A DNA stretch of 64,000 nt, taken from NCBI GenBank assembly GCA_047495785.1, contig JBLDXI010000013.1, forward strand, positions 1,984,001-2,048,000, given 5' to 3'. The translations under genes and the position numbers were made by a program. Of the stretch, positions 61,351 through 64,000 are shown one piece after another. Within the stretch, counting starts at the first letter, position 1; each line of letters starts with the position of its first letter. Origin of the DNA: Lepidodermella squamata. Taxonomy: Eukaryota; Animalia; Gastrotricha. The notes under the pieces were generated by a model. It was not told the DNA's origin. It saw nothing but the letters and a program-made list of their open reading frames with translations, and made no database searches.

Positions 61351-61821
61351 ATGAGTCTCGATTCATTCTCTTCCTTAACTGCAGCCTTGTTGGTCTCTCT
61401 TGCCATCAGCCAAGCCTACTCTGCACCATTAATTGGCTACAACTACAGCAACAACAACGACGGTCTGCCACCCAGACCAGCGATGAATGCAACTCTATAC
61501 GATGCGTGCAAATGCTATTGCATGCCCAAGCCACCAGCAAGAAGCCAAAGTGCCATTGGCTCGGCGGTTATGGCTTGGCCGAATGGCGGGCAAAACGGAT
61601 CGCAGGGCAATCAAAATCAGCAGCTTGGACCTCTCACTGACCGCGGCGGTCGTGGTGGTCGGGGTGGCCCACCTAACATGGAATCTCTGATTCCATCTGA
61701 CGAGATCATTGACGAATTCAAGTCGGACGAATACGCAACCGGCATGTGCTATTGCGCTTGTTCGAAGGGATCTTTTGTTAAGGTCATTCAGCTCGGTAAC
61801 AGTAATAGTAATACCCAGTGA
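61351..61821 (+). CDS. Secreted Cys-clamp family protein, G/Q/N/R loop
   Basis: Signal peptide, YDACKCYC ... EFKSDEYATGMCYCACSKGSFV. Paralog of the 49627 gene. Confidence 0.9.
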   Translation: MSLDSFSSLTAALLVSLAISQAYSAPLIGYNYSNNNDGLPPRPAMNATLYDACKCYCMPKPPARSQSAIGSAVMAWPNGGQNGSQGNQNQQLGPLTDRGGRGGRGGPPNMESLIPSDEIIDEFKSDEYATGMCYCACSKGSFVKVIQLGNSNSNTQ

Positions 61822-62891
61822 AAACCTGAGCCTTATCAGCGAGGATTTTATCGCATGACCCACCTGCTGCTGCCTGCATTTCGCTGTCATTATTAAATCA
61901 TAGCCCTTTGAATCAATAAAATGGCAGGATTTTGACAATTTTTCTTGTCTTAGTCTTAGTAAGTAGTAAGTACATAGGCCTTGAACAATAAAGAATTCAG
62001 GAACTATTCTTCCATGCCTTATTCGATCAGAATCTTTTCTATCGCTTATGGAAGTAGCCTTTGAAGTCCTGTGGCATAAAAACCTCCCATTCGTGATTCA
62101 TGAGTTCACTCATCTTAACATTGTGTTTCAAGTAGTAAGTTAATCTTTGACCTGCGCGCTGATTGGTCAATTTATTGTTGCTATGACTCAGGGATGAAAC
62201 TATTTTGTCGCGCGATCCACTAAACCTTTTTTCTTTTGCAATTTCATTATTTTTTTTAAAGAAACACGTGTTTATTTTTTCATGATTCTCAGCTTCTTCA
62301 TTTTATTCATTTCCTTACTTTTGTCTACCGAAGGATTTACTCGATCTTCGAAGGTTCGCTGTATGCGAATACGAAACCCGAATTGGATGAATTTGATATC
62401 AAATTGAAGCTAGAGATCTGATCTATCTAGCTGTGAAATTAGAATACTGGGTGCCATTATGTTCTTGAAGACATTCAACGTTTTAGTTGACTGGTTGTTC
62501 GGGAAGTTTCTTCTGATTTTACCTACAATAATGTTTATTTTTCAACAAATAACTACTAAGGAATTATTCTATTACTTTTAGTCTTCGCTAATTTCATCAT
62601 TTCATCATTTTATTTCGACCTTTCTACCATTAATGTCTCAATTATCAGTTTTTTTTGTTAGGAATAATGTGAGTTATTCCAACATCATAGCATAGGGATT
62701 CCACGCGCCCAGAATTTCAAGACATCTATTCATCCTAGTTCAATGGTGTTTTACTTCAAGAAATGTACTAAAAGATGAATCAACCACGGCTTCTGAATAC
62801 CCATGAAGCAGGCGGGAGGCATTGACTGAAAGGGATTGATTGCAAGTCCGCAGGTGAAGTAACAAATTTCCGCACACATTTTTGCCATATT

Positions 62892-64000
62892 ATGTTGCCC
62901 TACTTCGAATTTCTAATCGTATTTGCTAGTTTTGCTCTCGTCAAAGCTTACCCTCAGTATGCTGACCAAATTCCGAACGGTCGGAAGGTGCCTAATCCAT
63001 GCAAGCCATCTATGCTATGGACAGGCGTCGGCCATGAGCGTGTCCAAGGCCAGGGTCCTCTGAATAAATTCGGACAAGCCTTCCTAAGCGCAGGTAAAGC
63101 TTGGAACACCGGTCTTTGCCAACAGGACAGTGACGGGGATGGCAGGACGAATGGCGAAGAGCTCGGCGATCCTAACTGCCAATGGCAACCAGGTCAGCCT
63201 AACCCCACACCAAGTGGAATGATGTCGAGCGTTAGTCACCCTGGAATTTGCGAGCCAATCAATTCAGCAAAATGTCAATCACTGAACGGGAAATTTCTGG
63301 AAAATGTCGAAGGTTGCTCCAAGGCTTCGGCGACAGACTGGTGCCCGCCTGTTTACGATCCTAGGCTAAATGTCCGCAACATAACGATGCTTTACAACAG
63401 CGTTGAAATCCCATCTGATCAAACTACATACTTTTGCCAGCAATTTGACCTTCCTGGAGACACTGAATATTCAATAATTGCCGTAAAAATATCGAAAAGT
63501 TTAGACATTTTTTTAAGATTTTTTTTTTTTTACAGTGGGAACCGATTATTGATAACCAAGAATTGTTGCATCATTTAGTTTTGTACTCGTGTAACTCGCT
63601 GAAAGAAGAAAGCATTCTAGCCGATTCTTACACCACAGCTAGCGTTTGTGGTATGACTCCATTGAGTGAATTGAAAAAGTAGGTTTTCGAGAAATCGCTC
63701 CTCAATTCCAAATTTTTCCAATTAAATAGGAATGCCTGTGGCAATATGGTTGCTGTATGGGGATTCGGGGTTACCGAGAAGAGATGCTACAGCAGTGAAG
63801 TTGCCATTGAAATGGGCACTAACACCTTCCGAAAAGTCATCGTCAATCTTCACTACAACAATCCGAGTCTGAAATCAGGCCAACTCGATTCGAGCGGCAT
63901 CAGGATTTATTACACAGAGGCAGCTAGGTTGAGGCGACCTTACAAGGCAGCTATGCTCGCGTTAGGCCAGACTGACATCGCCCTCCCGCCTGGCTATCCG
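62892..64000 (+). CDS. Temptin + Cu type II monooxygenase, copy H (truncated by window end)
   Basis: Signal peptide, DSDGDGRTNGEELGDPNCQW, IIA|WEP intron, LLHHLVLYSC, intron ~63679-63730, NLHYNNP. Confidence 0.88.

Overview
Eukaryotic (animal, most likely lophotrochozoan/spiralian) genomic DNA from a compact, gene-dense genome with uniformly tiny GT-AG introns of about 50-62 bp. The six-frame ORF track therefore fragments most genes. The window is dominated by two tandem-expanded families of secreted proteins. (1) Ten temptin-domain genes. Eight are temptin + copper type II (DBH/MOXD/PHM-class) monooxygenase fusions; all Cu ligands are intact in the seven complete copies and the eighth is cut by the window end. 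The other two are temptin + Asn/Tyr-rich tail + GPI-type signal. (2) Nine intact intronless genes plus one pseudogene of an unrecognised secreted family in which two short Cys motifs (CKCYC ... CYCAC) clamp a hypervariable Gly/Gln/Pro low-complexity loop, sometimes bounded by furin sites. Also present: an intronless 906-aa Cys-loop ligand-gated channel subunit carrying two N-terminal LamG/ConA-like domains, a Pif-like chitin-binding + LamG protein, a GM2-activator-like ML protein, a GT32 glycosyltransferase, an F-box gene, an intron-containing histone H1, a single-pass PPxY membrane protein, several MITEs (one nested pair) and LINE RT remnants. No rRNA, tRNA or CRISPR was seen. All family assignments come from motif recognition by eye; no searches were run.
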